This document shows positions 37,900-50,900 of a stretch of DNA of 64,000 nt, in pieces. Both the position numbers and the translations under genes were made by a program. Position 1 is the first letter of the stretch, and each line of letters opens with the position of its first letter. A model generated the notes under the pieces. The model did no database searches. It was not told where the DNA came from and saw only the letters and a list, made by a program, of their open reading frames with translations. The stretch is from Eledone cirrhosa (lineage: Eukaryota). The DNA lies in NCBI GenBank assembly GCA_964016885.1, contig OZ024759.1, positions 35,836,001-35,900,000 of the forward strand, in the 5' to 3' direction.

Positions 37900-38310
37900 A
37901 CCATATATTACCCAATTGACTATATGGGAAACTAGTTTGACTCCAACTTCCTCCAGAAGATTTCCACACCTCAGTGGTATATCTGACAGATCTTCAGATC
38001 TACAACTTTCACATCTCCTTGATCTCCTTCTTTGATTCTTTGACCCAATATTTGTTAATTCTGATGGCCGGTACCTCTGTTGAAGTAGTCTCTCTCTCAC
38101 ACATTTCCCAGATTTATCAACCTCTCATAATAACATTTCCAGGCCTCTTTTGAGCATCAGTGGTGCTAAGTGCACCACTGTCATTTCAAAAACAACATCC
38201 TGGTTTTCACTGACACACAGCTTAGCAATGTTCAACACCTCACACCTCTCACTCTCTCATCTTCGCAAAACATTGGCAAACCTTCTTCCTTCTTTCAGCT
38301 TATTTCCATG
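37860..38310 (-). mobile_element. Decayed internal fragment of RTE-type LINE ORF (region just upstream of the RT core)
   Basis: Broken frames reading RRFANVLR..CEVLNIAKLCVSENQDVV..EAWKCYYERLIN..LVSHIVNWVIYGRDIPNDWYNSIII. Confidence 0.7.
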
Positions 38311-38329
38311 CTCGGTATATTAACAATAA

Positions 38330-39142
38330 CAACACCATGAATAGAACCACCACCATCACCACCACCATCACCAACACCACCACCACCACCATCACCACCA
38401 CCATCATCACCACCACCATCACCAACACCACCAACACCACCACCACCATCACCACCAGCAACAATCACCACCACGATCATCACCACCACCATCACCAACA
38501 CCACCAACACCATCACCAACACTACCACCACCCTCACCACCAGCAACAATCAACAACACCATCACGGCCATCACCAGCAACAACACCACCCTGACCAACA
38601 CTGCCAACAAACAACAACACCACCACCTCCATAGCCACCACCACCACTACCACCACCACCACCACCACTACCAACAACAACAGCAATATATTGTTTATAT
38701 AACACATCTACACAACTTGCCTGACACCACCACAAACAATAACACCATCCCACCATCACCCTAACCACCACCACCAACATCATAACCAATAACACTGATT
38801 GCACCACCACCACCACCACCACCACCACCACCACCACCACCACTACCATCACCACCACAACCACCACCACCACCACACCACCACCACACCACCACCACCA
38901 CCACCACACCACCACCACCACCACCACCACCACAATCATCATCACCACCACCACCACCACCACCACCACCACCACTACCATCACCACCACAACCACCACC
39001 ACCACCACACCACCACCACCACCACCACCCCACCACCACCACCACCACCACCACCACCACCACAATCATCACCATCACCACCACCACCACCACCACCACC
39101 ACCACCACCACCACCACCACCACCACACCACTACACCACCAC
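38330..39142. repeat. (CCA)n-rich low-complexity tract
   Basis: Direct reading. Confidence 0.9.
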
Positions 39143-39767
39143 ATTGTTATATGATATCTGTGTTTCCTGTGTTTAGTGCCACAGAATGAAGGTAACCTCT
39201 CATACCTACCCTAGCTGGTGAACACTGGCAACTTGAGGTATTTATATAGACACACCACACACACACACACATATATATACACCACATACACACATATATA
39301 TATAGACACACCACACACACACACACACATATATATACACCACACACACACATATATATATAGACACACCACACACACACATATATATATATATACACCA
39401 CACACATATATATATATAGACACACCACACACACACATATATATACACCACACACACATATATATATAGACACACCACACACACACATATATATACACCA
39501 CACACACATATATATATAGACACACCACACACACACATATATATACACCACACACACATATATATATAGACACACCACACACACACATATATATATAGAC
39601 ACACCACACACACACATATATATATATACACCACACACACACATATATATACACCACACACATATATATAGACACCACACACACACATATATATATACAC
39701 CATATATATATATATATATATAGACACCACACACACATATATATACCACACACACATATATATACAC

Positions 39768-39801
<34 letters not shown>

Positions 39802-39934
39802 CACCACATATATATATATATATATACACCACATATATATATGTACACCATATATATAATCATATATATATGTGTGTGTGTGTATGTGATGATTACATTG
39901 ATATATACACCATATATATCAATGTTATCATTCT

Positions 39935-40080
39935 CATCATTCAATATCTATTACATGTATCATATATACACACACACACATATATATATACACACACACA
40001 TATATATATATATATGTGTGTGTGTATATATATATGTGTGTGTGTGTATATATGATACATGTAATAGATATTGAATGATG
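39935..40080. repeat. Perfect 146-bp palindrome with no spacer
   Basis: CATCATTCAATATCTATTACATGTATCATAT...ATATGATACATGTAATAGATATTGAATGATG, centre at 40007/40008 in (TA)n. Confidence 0.92.
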
Positions 40081-40126
<46 letters not shown>

Positions 40127-40185
40127 GATATATGAGAGCTGACCTCAAATCACCAAGACTCTCAGGTGATGAGAAGGAACGCAAT

Positions 40186-40532
40186 GGAAAAGTCCACTTT
40201 CACTGTCACACCCTCCAGATTGTCAACCACCAACGGAAGAGTCCACTTTCACTGTCACACCCTCCAGATTGTCAACCACCAACGGAAGAGTCCACTTTCA
40301 CTGTCACACCCTCCAGATTGTCAACCACCAACGGAAGAGTCCACTTTCACTGTCACACCCTCCAGATTGTCAACCACCAACGGAAGAGTCCACTTTCACT
40401 GTCACACCCTCCAGATTGTCAACCACCAACGGAAGAGTCCATTTTCACTGTCACACCCTCCAGATTGTCAACCACCAATGGAAGAGTCCACTTTCACTGT
40501 CACCCCCTCCAGATTGTCAACCACCAATGGAA
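40186..40532. repeat. 49-bp minisatellite (7 copies), preceded by a short RTE 3' remnant (40132-40185)
   Basis: GAGTCCACTTTCACTGTCACACCCTCCAGATTGTCAACCACCAACGGAA. Confidence 0.95.
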
Positions 40533-40842
40533 CAGTCCAACCATCTATGATGTTTGTTTGATATCGTTAATCCATTTTCGTTGGCAATCTCTTAATTAGT
40601 TTAATTATCAAACAACAAAGGTAGAGTTTGTGTTTAATTAGAAAGATAACTAATCAATCTTTACTCTAATTAGTTCAATATTTCAATCTTGATTTTTGAT
40701 TAGTTTCTGAATGTGTAAGTTGTACCGGGGAAGCAGCACAGTTGGATGATTCGGGAGTTTACTTGGCAATCATAAGGTCCCAGGTTCAATCCCATTGTAT
40801 GACATCTTGGACAAGTGTCATTTATCATAGTCTCATATTGTA

Positions 40843-41001
40843 CAGGTGGCTAATTGGCAGAGTCGTTAGAGCGTCAGATAGAATTCTTTATGGCATTCAT
40901 TCCAGATATCTGATCTCTCAGTTCAAATCCCACCGAGGTCAACTTTGCCTTTCATCCTTTTGAGGTTGATAAATAAAGTACCAGTCTAGTACTGGGGTCG
41001 A
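40843..41001 (+). mobile_element. Dominant-family SINE, 3'-truncated
   Basis: TTGGCAGAGTCGTTAGAGCG...GTTCAAATCCC...GCCTTTCATCC...AAGTACCAG. Confidence 0.8.
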
Positions 41002-41052
41002 TTCTTCCTCTATATCTCTTTCTCATTTCCTCTCTCTGTCTCCATATATATA

Positions 41053-41290
41053 TCATCATCATCATCATCAGTTTACGTCCGCTTTTCCCTGCTTGCAAGG
41101 GTGGGACGGGTCCTATTCAGCACAGCATCTCTCCACTTGTCACGGTCCTTCGTCATCTCCTTGGTGAGCTTCAGCGATCTGAGGTCTGCCCTCACCACCT
41201 CCGCCCATGATTTTCGTGGTCTTCCTCTACTGCGTCTTCCCTCCACTGGGACTTCCTGGCACTTCTTCACCCAGCAGTCATCCTCCATGT
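41053..41290 (-). mobile_element. 5'-truncated RTE-type LINE 3' end
   Basis: Open frame MEDDCWVKKCQEVPVEGRRSRGRPRKSWAEVVRADLRSL...DRDKWR (G.R.RGRP..W motif of RTE C-termini), followed by a (GAT)n tail. Confidence 0.88.
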
Positions 41291-41334
41291 GATTCTTCCC
41301 CTATATCTCATTTCCTCTCTCTCACTCTGTCTCT

Positions 41335-41373
<39 letters not shown>

Positions 41374-41649
41374 ATACCAGTCTAATACTGGGGTCGATTC
41401 TTCCTCTATATCTCTTTCTCACTTTCTATCTTTCTCTGGAAGAAATCTGCTATATCCAGACCTGGGGACAGAGGTGGGCCCCACCAGGTTTAAAATGCCC
41501 TAGAACTGCTGTATATCAATATGGCACCCCTATGACTCCCTCGGGAGTAACGGGACCATACATACATGTTGACCCATGCCTTGTGAGTGAATTTAGGTAG
41601 ACAGAAACTGTCTGGAAGCCTGTCTAATGAACTGTAGCTGAAATTCGAA

Positions 41650-42185
41650 GTGGTGGTGGTGTGGTGGTGGTAGTAGTAGTGATGGCGTTGTTGTTGGTGG
41701 TGGTGTTGTTGGTAGTGATGGTAGTAGTTGTGGTGGTGGTAGTGATGATGATGGTAGTAGTGGTGGTGGTGGTAGTGGTGGTGTTGTTGGTGATGATGGT
41801 AGTAGTGGTGGTGGTGGTGTTGTTGTTGGTGATGATGGTAGTAGTGGTGGTGGTGGTGGTAGTGGTGTTGTTGTTAGTGATGATGGTAGTAGTGGTGGTG
41901 GTGGCGGTGGTAGTGGTGATGGTGGTGGTAGTGGTGATGGTGGAGTGTTAATAGAGGTATGGGTGTTGGAACTAGTGGTGTTGTTGATGGTGATGGTAGT
42001 AGTGGTGATGGTGGTGGTAGTAGTGATGATGGTAGTGGTGGTGGTGGTAGTGGTGAAGGTGGTAGTGTTAATAGTGGTATGGGTGATGGAGCTAGTGGTG
42101 TTGTTATTGGTGGTAGTAATGGTATTATTATTGTTGTTAGTGATGATAGTAGTAGTGGTGGTAGTAGCGGTGGTGTTAGTGGTGC
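41650..42185. repeat. (GGT/AGT/GAT)n low-complexity tract
   Basis: Direct reading. Confidence 0.9.
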
Positions 42186-43195
42186 TATTTCATGTTACAG
42201 CATCTCTCTAAACTAGAAGACAACAAACTAACGAACAAACTAACGAACAAACTAACAAACTAACGAACTAACTAACGAACTAACATGACACCTCAAACAA
42301 AAGGTATCCACTACTATTCACTGAAAAACAAGTTTATAAATACTGAAGGTGATGAATAAAAAGCGTCTTAAGAAAATAAACTGAAAGAACTTTGCTGTGG
42401 AATATCTTATCTTGGAAACAGCAGACGTAAAGTAAACAATCAACTTGTCAATAGTTTGGGAATTTTATTTTTATTTTACCATGTTTTTAAACGTGTTAAG
42501 GGGGGGGGTGGAGGGTAGGTTGGTGAGGGTTTCTTTTTAGTAAGAGGGTTCTTGGGGGGGGGGTATTTGGGGGCGGAGGGTTCTTTGGGGGAGGATGGTG
42601 GGTGAAGGTATTTTGTTTTTCGGATGGTGGGTGAAAGTTTTTTATGGGAGTGAGGGTTTCTGGGGGGGGGGGGGGGGTAGTGGGTGAAGATTCCTTTTTT
42701 TTTGGATAGAGGGTGGATAAGGGTTTCTTTTTTTTTTTATTTTATTTTATTTTATTTTAGTACCACCCTGTCAGTTTGGTGCTCCAAGATCATGAGATCT
42801 CACAGCTCAGATCATGATATTTTGGGAACAAGCTACAAACATAAATTCGTTCAGTTGTTAAAAAGTTGAGAGGGGAAAAAAAAAGACAAACAAGACTTTC
42901 CTCCCCCAACAATTGTCTACAGATGTAAAAAGACTGCTTCGTGAGTCAGGTGAAATAGTGATTGTATTACCTTTATCTTGTAGATAATTTCATAGTTAAT
43001 GTCAAAAAAAAAACCCCCAAAACAATACAACAATGGTGAATCTTATAATATGGTAGCATAACAAAGATTGTAGCCCTTCCTTTTTCTCTCTTCTATCTCC
43101 CATATTATTTTAGTCATATAGCAATCACCAACATAGTCAGCAATGTTTTATTCTTATGGTAGGTCAGACAACTGGATGACGTGAAAAATGGCGGA

Positions 43196-43658
43196 GTGGT
43201 GGTGTGGTGTGGTGTGGTGGTGTGGTGGTGTGTGGTGTGTGGTGTGTGGTGTGTGGTGGTGTGGTGTGGTGTGGTGGTGTGGTGGCATGGTGGTGTGGTG
43301 TGTATGGGTGTATGGTGGTGTGGTGTGTATGGGTGTGTGGTGGTGTGGTGTGTGGTGTGTGGTGGTGTGGTGTGGTGTGGTGGTGTGTGGTGTGGTGGTG
43401 TGGTGGCATGGTGGTGTGTATGGTGGTGTGGTGTGTATGGGTGTGTGGTGGTGTGGTGTGTATGGTGGTGTGTGTGGTGGAGTGGTGTGGTGTGTATGGT
43501 GGTGTGTGTGGTGGAGTGGTGTGTATGGTGGTGTGGTGTGTATGGTGGTGTGTGTGGTGGTGTGTATGGTGGTGTGTATGGTGGTGGGTATGGTGGTGTG
43601 TGTGGTGGTGTGTATGGTGGTGTGTGTGGTGGTGTGTATGGTGGTGTGGTGGCATGGC
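43196..43658. repeat. (GGTGT)n-type simple repeat
   Basis: Direct reading. Confidence 0.9.
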
Positions 43659-44111
43659 GTGCGGTAGATGGTTCCTTATTTTTTATTTAAAAAAACCCTG
43701 CGCTATCTCTCAGCATAAGGAATAACCAACTAAAATACAAGAGAAGGAAAAAACTAGCTTCTACATGTGTATTTATCTTTGAAGGAAATATGAGAGAATT
43801 ATTTCAGTGTAGGAAGAAGGGGAATGGAGTGGAAAGAAAGAAATAACTTAGTGACTGCTTCTTTTTTATTATTATTTATTATTTTATGACTTAATAAAAC
43901 AAGAAGCACTGGTAGTTATTAAGTATCTAATTTGTAAAACAAGCAAATGAGAACTAAGATTGTATGGAATAAATGAGAGAACTATCGAGGGATTAGGAAG
44001 GAAACGGGATGAAAAAAATGTTATACGTTGTCGTTGTTGGAATAAATTCAAGATTAAAATTGCTTGGAAACATAAAAATGTTTTCTTTGGTTAAAAGCAA
44101 CAAGAAGCTAT

Positions 44112-44572
44112 AATAATGGTTTCCGATTTAGAAACAAGACCAACAGTTTGAAGGGGAGAGGGAAGCAGATTAGAATAACCCCAGTACTTGTCTAGTGTTT
44201 TTATTTTTGTTGAACCCTGAAAGATAAAAGGTAGATTTGACCTAGACAGGATTTGAACTCAGATTGTAAAGAGATAGAACAAATGCTACAAAACATTTTC
44301 TCTGATGCTCTACTGATTATATACCATTATCCCCGCCTAAATAACAGGAATAATAGCAATGTTTCCAGCCATCAAAATACATTCCCTACTATCAAAACAA
44401 ATAAATATGGCCCCATAGCTCTTATAAATATTTCTACTTGAGAACATCAGAACATATTATGAGTAGTAAAATTCATTTCCTCATCGACCATGAAAGGATG
44501 AAAGACAAAGCTGACCTTGGTGGGATTTGAACTCAGAACATAAAGAGTTGCTCTAATGATTCTGCCAATTCC
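44112..44572 (-). mobile_element. Two diverged SINE copies
   Basis: GGATTTGAACTCAG B boxes at ~44250 and ~44523, with GATGAAAG domains. Confidence 0.7.
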
Positions 44573-44912
44573 TCAACAGAAAAACTATAATTAGCCAACA
44601 GCAACGATCCATTCTCATAAGGAAGACTTTCCATATCAATGGAGAAGATAGGTTGGGGTATATATATAAATAACAAAATAAGATGTGGCAAAATGGGGAG
44701 ATTTTACATAATGAAAGCTATACTAATTGTCACAAGAGAAGAAGACATCTCTCACTCACCACAAAACATTCTATCCGACATTCTAACGAGTCTGCTAATT
44801 GTTCCAGCATGGCCACACTCCAATGACTGAAACCAGAGGCAAATCATTTAGTCAAACACTCTACCACCTTTCTATCCGTGAATGATTTGATTGTTAGTTT
44901 AATTTAATCTCA

Positions 44913-46931
44913 ACACCTGTCTACACCTGTGTAGCCCTGTCCACAGCTGTGTAGCCCTGTCCACAGCTGTCTACACCTGTGTAGCCCTGTCCACACCTGT
45001 CTACACCTGTGTAGCCCTGTCCACAGCTGTCTACACCTGTGTAGCCCTGTCCACACCTGTCTACACCTGTGTAGCCCTGTCCACACCTGTCTACACCTGT
45101 GTAGCCCTGTCCACACCTGTCTACACCTGTGTAGCCCTGTCCACAGCTGTCTACACCTGTGTAGCCCTGTCCACACCTGTCCACACCTGTGTAGCCCTGT
45201 CCACAGCTGTCTACACCTGTGTAGCCCTGTCCACACCTGTGTAGCCCTGTCCACAGCTGTCTACACCTGTGTAGCCCTGTCCACACCTGTCTACACCTGT
45301 GTAGCCCTGTCCACAGCTGTCTACACCTGTGTAGCCCTGTCCACACCTGTGTAGCCCTGTCCACAGCTGTCTACACCTGTGTAGCCCTGTCCACACCTGT
45401 CTACACCTGTGTAGCCCTGTCCACAGCTGTCTACACCTGTGTAGCCCTGTCCACACCTGTGTAGCCCTGTCCACAGCTGTCTACACCTGTGTAGCCCTGT
45501 CCACACCTGTCTACACCTGTGTAGCCCTGTCCACAGCTGTCTACACCTGTGTAGCCCTGTCCACACCTGTGTAGCCCTGTCCACAGCTGTCTACACCTGT
45601 GTAGCCCTGTCCACACCTGTCTACACCTGTGTAGCCCTGTCCACAGCTGTCTACACCTGTGTAGCCCTGTCCACACCTGTGTAGCCCTGTCCACAGCTGT
45701 CTACACCTGTGTAGCCCTGTCCACACCTGTCTACACCTGTGTAGCCCTGTCCACAGCTGTCTACACCTGTGTAGCCCTGTCCACACCTGTCTACACCTGT
45801 GTAGCCCTGTCCACACCTGTCCACACCTGTGTAGCCCTGTCCACAGCTGTGTACACCTGTGTAGCCCTGTCCACAGCTGTCTACACCTGTGTAGCCCTGT
45901 CCACACCTGTCTACACCTGTGTAGCCCTGTCCACACCTGTCTACACCTGTGTAGCCCTGTCCACACCTGTCTACACCTGTGTAGCCCTGTCCACAGCTGT
46001 CTACACCTGTGTAGCCCTGTCCACAGCTGTGTACACCTGTGTAGCCCTGTCCACAGCTGTCTACACCTGTGTAGCCCTGTCCACAGCTGTCTACACCTGT
46101 GTAGCCCTGTCCACACCTGTCTACACCTGTGTAGCCCTGTCCACAGCTGTCTACACCTGTGTAGCCCTGTCCACAGCTGTCTACACCTGTGTAGCCCTGT
46201 CCACAGCTGTGTACACCTGTGTAGCCCTGTCCACAGCTGTCTACACCTGTGTAGCCCTGTCCACAGCTGTGTACACCTGTGTAGCCCTGTCCACACCTGT
46301 CTACACCTGTGTAGCCCTGTCCACACCTGTCTACACCTGTGTAGCCCTGTCCACAGCTGTCTACACCTGTGTAGCCCTGTCCACAGCTGTCTACACCTGT
46401 GTAACCCTGTCCACAGCTGTGTACACCTGTGTAGCCCTGTCCACAGCTGTCTACACCTATGTAGCCCTGTCCACAGCTGTCTACACCTGTGTAGCCCTGT
46501 CCACACCTGTCTACACCTGTGTAGCCCTGTCCACAGCTGTCTACACCTGTGTAGCCCTGTCCACACCTGTCTACACCTGTGTAGCCCTGTCCACAGCTGT
46601 CTACACCTGTGTAGCCCTGTCCACACCTGTCTACACCTATGTAGCCCTGTCCACACCTGTCTACACCTGTGTAGCCCTGTCCACACCTGTCTACACCTGT
46701 GTAGCCCTGTCCACAGCTGTCTACACCTATGTAGCCCTGTCCACACCTGTCTACACCTGTGTAGCCCTGTCCACAGCTGTGTACACCTGTGTAGCCCTGT
46801 CCACAGCTGTGTACACCTGTGTAGCCCTGTCCACAGCTGTGTAGCCCTGTCCACAGCTGTCTACACCTGTGTAGCCCTGTCCACAGCTGTGTACACCTGT
46901 GTAGCCCTGTCCACAGCTGTGTACACCTGTA
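44913..46931. repeat. 30-bp minisatellite of three 10-bp subunits, with a 110-bp higher-order block
   Basis: CCACA[C/G]CTGT CTACACCTGT GTAGCCCTGT; one subunit dropped every 110 bp in ~45180-45700. Confidence 0.97.
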
Positions 46932-47020
46932 CAGTAAATATACCTGAATTAATGATGTCAGTGATCAGCTTTAACAAGAAGCTCTTTAGCTAGAAGAATT
47001 ATTTGTAGAGCATTAACAGA

Positions 47021-47190
47021 AACTTGAGTGAGTGGCAACACTTGAGTGAGTGGCAACACTTGAGTGAGTGACAAGACTTGAGTGAGTGGCAGGACTTGAG
47101 TGAAGAATCAGACTTGAGTGAGTGACAAGACTTGAGTGAAGAATCAGACTTGAGTGAAGAATCAGACTTGAGTGAGTGGCAGGACTTGAT
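47021..47190. repeat. 18-bp minisatellite (~9 copies)
   Basis: ACTTGAGTGAGTGGCAAC / ACTTGAGTGAAGAATCAG. Confidence 0.85.
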
Positions 47191-47234
47191 CTGAGAAGTG
47201 AGACTCAAGTGGAGGTGGAATGCTGTCACAGTTG

Positions 47235-47630
47235 ACCACCAACACCACTACCACTACTACCACCAACAACAATACCACTACTGCTACCACTACCACCACC
47301 ACCACTACCACCACCAACACCACTAGTACCACTAACGCTACCACCACTACCACCACCACCAGCACTACCAACACCACTACCACTAGTACCACTAACGCTA
47401 CCACCACTACCACCACCACCAGCACTACCACCACCAACACCACTACCACTACTACCACTAACACTACCACCACTACCACCACCAACACCACAACCACTAG
47501 TACCACTAACACTACCACCACTACCATCATCACCAACAACAATACCACTACTACTACCACCAACACGAACACCACTATCACCACTACTACCACCAACACC
47601 ACCAACACCACCAAAAGCAACAACAACAAA
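47235..47630. repeat. (ACC/ACT)n tract
   Basis: Direct reading. Confidence 0.9.
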
Positions 47631-47942
47631 TTGTTAAACATTTCCAGCCCCAAGTCATTGCTAACATTGCGGGAATTTTCACATAAATCTTTCCTCATTA
47701 AATATAAAAAGTTGAAAATAATAAAACAGTTGATATTTATCTGAAATATTAACGATAAGAAACAAATATCTCCTTACCACATGATGGCTTCCTTCAGTAT
47801 TTTGGAAATCTAAAAGATAATTTCAGAATTTATTTTATTTTAAAAAATACATATAAAATGAGAAAACTCATCGCTACAACAGCTGTTAAAACAGCTAAAT
47901 GTTGTCAAAGACAACGATGGACAAAAACAGACATCCTTAGGT

Positions 47943-50900
47943 GACAGAGACCAGCAGCCAGTGGTCAACAGAGAGACAATCTATAAGGTGGGTGACAGGC
48001 AGATGATATATAATGTCTCAGAGGACAGAGACCAGCAGCCAGTGGTCAACAGAGAGACAATCTATAAGGTGGGTGACAGGTAGATGATATATAATGTCTC
48101 AGAGGACAGAGACCAGCAGCCAGTGGTCAACAGAGAGACAATCTATAAGGTGGGTGACAGGCAGATGATATATAATGTCTCAGAGGACAGAGACCAGCAG
48201 CCAGTGGTCAACAGAGAGACAATCTATAAGGTGGGTGACAGACAGATGATATATAATGTCTCAGAGGACAGAGACCAGCAGCCAGTGGTCAACAGAGAGA
48301 CAATCTATAAGGTGGGTGACAGGTAGATGATATATAATGTCTCAGAAGACAGAGACCAGCAGCCAGTGGTCAACAGAGAGACAATCTATAAGGTGGGTGA
48401 CAGGTAGATGATATATAATGTCTCAGAGGACAGAGACCAGTGGCCAGTGGTCAACAGAGAGACAATCTATAAGGTGGGTGACAGGTAGATGATATATAAT
48501 GTCTCAGAGGACAGAGACCAGTGGCCAGTGGTCAACAGAGAGACAATCCACAAGGTGGGTGACAGGCAGATGATATATAATGTCTCAGAGGACAGAGACC
48601 AGCAGCCAGTGGTCAACAGAGAGACAATCTATAAGGTGGGTGACAGGTAGATGATATATAATGTCTCAGAAGACAGAGACCAGCAGCCAGTGGTCAACAG
48701 AGAGACAATCTATAAGGTGGGTGACAGGTAGATGATATATAATGTCTCAGAGGACAGAGACCAGTGGCCAGTGGTCAACAGAGAGACAATCTATAAGGTG
48801 GGTGACAGGTAGATGATATATAATGTCTCAGAAGACAGAGACCAGCAGCCAGTGGTCAACAGAGAGACAATCTATAAGGTGGGTGACAGGTAGATGATAT
48901 ATAATGTCTCAGAGGACAGAGACCAGTGGCCAGTGGTCAACAGAGAGACAATCTATAAGGTGGGTGACAGGTAGATGATATATAATGTCTCAGAGGACAG
49001 AGACCAGTGGCCAGTGGTCAACAGAGAGACAATCTATAAGGTGGGTGACAGGTAGATGATATATAATGTCTCAGAGGACAGAGACCAGCAGCCAGTGGTC
49101 AACAGAGAGACAATCTATAAGGTGGGTGACAGGTAGATGATATATAATGTCTCAGAGGACAGAGACCAGCAGCCAGTGGTCAACAGAGAGACAATCTATA
49201 AGGTGGGTGACAGGTAGATGATATATAATGTCTCAGAGGACAGAGACCAGTGGCCAGTGGTCAACAGAGAGACAATCTATAAGGTGGGTGACAGGTAGAT
49301 GATATATAATGTCTCAGAGGACAGAGACCAGTGGCCAGTGGTCAACAGAGAGACAATCTATAAGGTGGGTGACAGACAGATGATATATAATGTCTCAGAA
49401 GACAGAGACCAGCAGCCAGTGGTCAACAGAGAGACAATCCACAAGGTGGGTGACAGGTAGATGATATATAATGTCTCAGAGGACAGTGACCAGTGGTCAG
49501 TGGTCAACAGAGAGACAATCCACAAGGTGGGTGACAGGTAGATGATATATAATGTCTCAGAGGACAGAGACCAGCAGCCAGTGGTCAACAGAGAGACAAT
49601 CTATAAGGTGGGTGACAGGTAGATGATATATAATGTCTCAGAGGACAGAGACCAGTGGCCAGTGGTCAACAGAGAGACAATCTATAAGGTGGGTGACAGG
49701 TAGATGATATATAATGTCTCAGAGGACAGTGACCAGTGGTCAGTGGTCAACAGAGAGACAATCCACAAGGTGGGTGACAGGTAGATGATATATAATGTCT
49801 CAGAGGACAGAGACCAGCAGCCAGTGGTCAACAGAGAGACAATCTATAAGGTGGGTGACAGGTAGATGATATATAATGTCTCAGAGGACAGAGACCAGCA
49901 GCCAGTGGTCAACAGAGAGACAATCCACAAGGTGGGTGACAGACAGATGATATATAATGTCTCAGAAGACAGAGACCAGTGACCAGTGGTCAACAGAGAG
50001 ACAATCCACAAGGTGGGTGACAGGCAGATGATATATAATGTCTCAGAGGACAGAGACCAGCAGCCAGTGGTCAACAGAGAGACAATCCACAAGGTGGGTG
50101 ACAGACAGATGATATATAATGTCTCAGAGGACAGAGACCAGCAGCCAGTGGTCAACAGAGAGACAATCCACAAGGTAGGTGACAGACAGATGATATATAA
50201 TGTCTCAGAGGACAGAGACCAGCAGCCAGTGGTCAACAGAGAGACAATCCACAAGGTGGGTGACAGACAGATGATATATAATGTCTCAGAGGACAGAGAC
50301 CAGCAGCCAGTGGTCAACAGAGAGACAATCCACAAGGTGGGTGACAGACAGATGATATATAATGTCTCAGAGGACAGAGACCAGCAGCCAGTGGTCAACA
50401 GAGAGACAATCCACAAGGTAGGTGACAGACAGATGATATATAATGTCTCAGAGGACAGAGACCAGCAGCCAGTGGTCAACAGAGAGACAATCTATAAGGT
50501 GGGTGACAGACAGATGAAATATAATGTCTCAGAGGACAGAGACCAGCAGCCAGTGGTCAACAGAGAGACAATCTATAAGGTGGGTGACAGGCAGATGATA
50601 TATAATGTCTCAGAGGACAGAGACCAGCAGCCAGTGGTCAACAGAGAGACAATCCACAAGGTGGGTGACAGACAGATGATATATAATGTCTCAGAGGACA
50701 GAGACCAGCAGCCAGTGGTCAACAGAGAGACAATCCACAAGGTGGGTGACAGACAGATGATATATAATGTCTCAGAGGACAGAGACCAGCAGCCAGTGGT
50801 CAACAGAGAGACAATCCACAAGGTAGGTGACAGACAGATGATATATAATGTCTCAGAGGACAGAGACCAGCAGCCAGTGGTCAACAGAGAGACAATCTAT

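Noticed and set aside
45541-46854. Long ORFs on both strands
   Set aside because: Translations of a stop-free 30-bp minisatellite.
47985-48020. AAG|GTGGGT...TCTCAG 34-nt micro-intron in each 81-bp unit
   Set aside because: Too short and purine-rich for a typical metazoan intron, and the 47-nt exon would not preserve frame.
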